From positions 1,544,252 through 1,608,251 of the forward strand of contig CAWHBD010000003.1 of NCBI GenBank assembly GCA_963827505.1: 64,000 nucleotides of DNA, given 5' to 3'. Positions 62,643 through 64,000 of this stretch are shown piece after piece (position 1 is the first letter of the stretch; every line of letters begins with the position of its first letter). The notes below the pieces were generated by a model. The model worked only from the letters and a program-made list of their open reading frames with translations. It did not search any database and was not told the DNA's origin. The DNA is from an uncultured Candidatus Rokubacteria bacterium. GTDB lineage: Bacteria; Methylomirabilota; Methylomirabilia; Rokubacteriales; CSP1-6. A program made the position numbers and the translations under genes.

Positions 62643-63629
62643 ATGAGCATTCTCGTGACCGGAGGCGCCGGGTACATCGGTTCCCACGTCGTCGCGGAGC
62701 TACAGGCGGCCGGGTTGTCGTGCGTCGTCCTGGACAGCCTGGTTCGCGGGCATCTCGAGCTGGTGCAGGACGCCGATCTGGTCGTGGGTGACGTCGCCGA
62801 CGCCGCGCTGGTGCGGCGGACGATCGCGGACTACCAGGTCGACGCCGTCACGCACTTCGCAGCCTTCGCCTATGTCGGAGAATCTGTCGAGCATCCTGGC
62901 ACGTACTATCAGAACAATGTCGCGGCCACGGTGCATTTCCTGAACGCCATCGTGCAGGCGGGCGTACGACGGATCGTGTTCTCCTCGACGTGCGCGACCT
63001 ACGGGATGCCCGAGGCGACGCCCATGACCGAGGAGCATCCGCAGCGACCGGTGAATCCGTACGGGGCGAGCAAGCTCATGGTGGAACGGATCCTGACGGA
63101 TTTCGATCGGGCCTACGGGCTGCGATCCGTCGTCCTCCGATACTTCAACGCGGCCGGTGCCGATCCGGCTGGCCGGCTCGGCGAGCGGCACGATCCGGAG
63201 ACCCATCTGATCCCACTGGCGCTCCAGGTCGCGGGCGGCCAGCGGGACAGCGTGGCCATCTTCGGCACGGACTACCCGACCCCCGACGGAACCTGCGTTC
63301 GCGACTACATCCACGTGACGGATCTCGCCCAGGCTCACATCCTGGGGCTCCGCTTCCTCGAGGCCGGCAATCCCGGTGACGTCTTCAACCTCGGCACCGG
63401 CAACGGGTTCTCGGTCCGCGAGGTGATCGAGGCGGTGCAACGGATCACCGGGCGGGCGGTCTCCTCGATCGAGGGACCCCGCCGGCCCGGGGATCCCCCC
63501 ATCCTGGTCGGGGGATCGGCCAAGGCCCGCCGGTTTCCCGGGTGGGCGCCGAGATACGACAGCCTCGACGCCATCATCGAGACGGCGTGGCGATGGCACC
63601 AGGGGAGCACGGTGACGCACCCAATCTGA
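62643..63629 (+). CDS. galE: UDP-glucose 4-epimerase
   Basis: TGGAGYIGSH, YGASK, LRYFNAAGA, ETHLIP and DGTCVRDYIHV. Confidence 0.95.
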   Translation: MSILVTGGAGYIGSHVVAELQAAGLSCVVLDSLVRGHLELVQDADLVVGDVADAALVRRTIADYQVDAVTHFAAFAYVGESVEHPGTYYQNNVAATVHFLNAIVQAGVRRIVFSSTCATYGMPEATPMTEEHPQRPVNPYGASKLMVERILTDFDRAYGLRSVVLRYFNAAGADPAGRLGERHDPETHLIPLALQVAGGQRDSVAIFGTDYPTPDGTCVRDYIHVTDLAQAHILGLRFLEAGNPGDVFNLGTGNGFSVREVIEAVQRITGRAVSSIEGPRRPGDPPILVGGSAKARRFPGWAPRYDSLDAIIETAWRWHQGSTVTHPI

Positions 63630-63725
63630 AGCTCGCAATCGCCATCTGTCAGGATTCTTTTCGGTTTCACCGCTCCCGCTGGCCGCGATCCTCGTAAGGT
63701 CCCTGAGAGCAAGGCGTCGCGAGTG

Positions 63726-63740
63726 CGGCATTCTTCTTGC
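63726..63740 (+). promoter_or_regulatory. Possible sigma54 promoter upstream of the last gene
   Basis: CGGCAT-TCTTC-TTGC (GG-N10-GC), 18 nt before the ATG at 63759. Confidence 0.45.
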
Positions 63741-63758
63741 CAAGCAGTACGAGTCCTC

Positions 63759-64000
63759 ATGGGAAACTGTGTTCTCGACGCGCTGACGAACTGGGTGTCC
63801 GCCGTACGGAGTGAACTGCGCGTGCGGGTTGCGCGCTTGGCCGTGCTGGTGGGCGGCGTGCTGCTCATCGGTGCGCCCCTGATTCCCGAGGCCGCCGCCC
63901 AGACGCTGCCGGCAGGTTTCCAGGACGTGACGGTCTTCAGTGGTCTCACCCAGCCGACGGTGGTGGCCTTCTCACCCGACGGTCGCATCTTCGTCGCGGA
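63759..64000 (+). CDS. Secreted PQQ-dependent sugar (glucose/sorbosone) dehydrogenase-like beta-propeller, N-terminal fragment
   Basis: Signal peptide followed by TLPAGFQDVTVFSGLTQPTVVAFSPDGRIFVA; runs off the window. Confidence 0.65.
   Translation, partial: MGNCVLDALTNWVSAVRSELRVRVARLAVLVGGVLLIGAPLIPEAAAQTLPAGFQDVTVFSGLTQPTVVAFSPDGRIFVA

Overview
High-GC, gene-dense bacterial chromosomal window. Gene content (paralogous glmS, LLM oxidoreductase, CoxL-like enzyme, small DRR-repeat and OB-fold secreted proteins) suggests Candidatus Rokubacteria/Methylomirabilota or a relative, but this is inference only. Many essential genes carry clustered indels typical of an unpolished long-read assembly, so coordinates of frameshifted genes are approximate. 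Contents in order: divergent membrane PPase, dedA, lipid A acyltransferase and mltD-like gene; ThiS/MoaD protein; selenocysteine cluster (tRNA-Sec, selA, selB) and tatA; two GT-C-like membrane proteins; ileS-lspA-rluD; an unusual 748-aa GlmU fusion with glmS copy 1; pcrA, gatCAB, ftsEX-envC-ctpA and tsaD; an NtrBC-like system with glmS copy 2; a receiver-less sigma54 activator; an orphan TAXI binding protein; a form II CoxL-like enzyme; TPP riboswitch-thiC; and a Wzm/Wzt polysaccharide cluster with heptose genes. Most notable are (1) the GlmU whose acetyltransferase half is replaced by a divergent hexapeptide domain, and (2) recurring sigma54 -24/-12 boxes, an IHF site and a shared CGCA-N5-TGCG palindrome, suggesting one regulon that couples amino-sugar supply to surface-polysaccharide synthesis. 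No CRISPR array or mobile element was seen.
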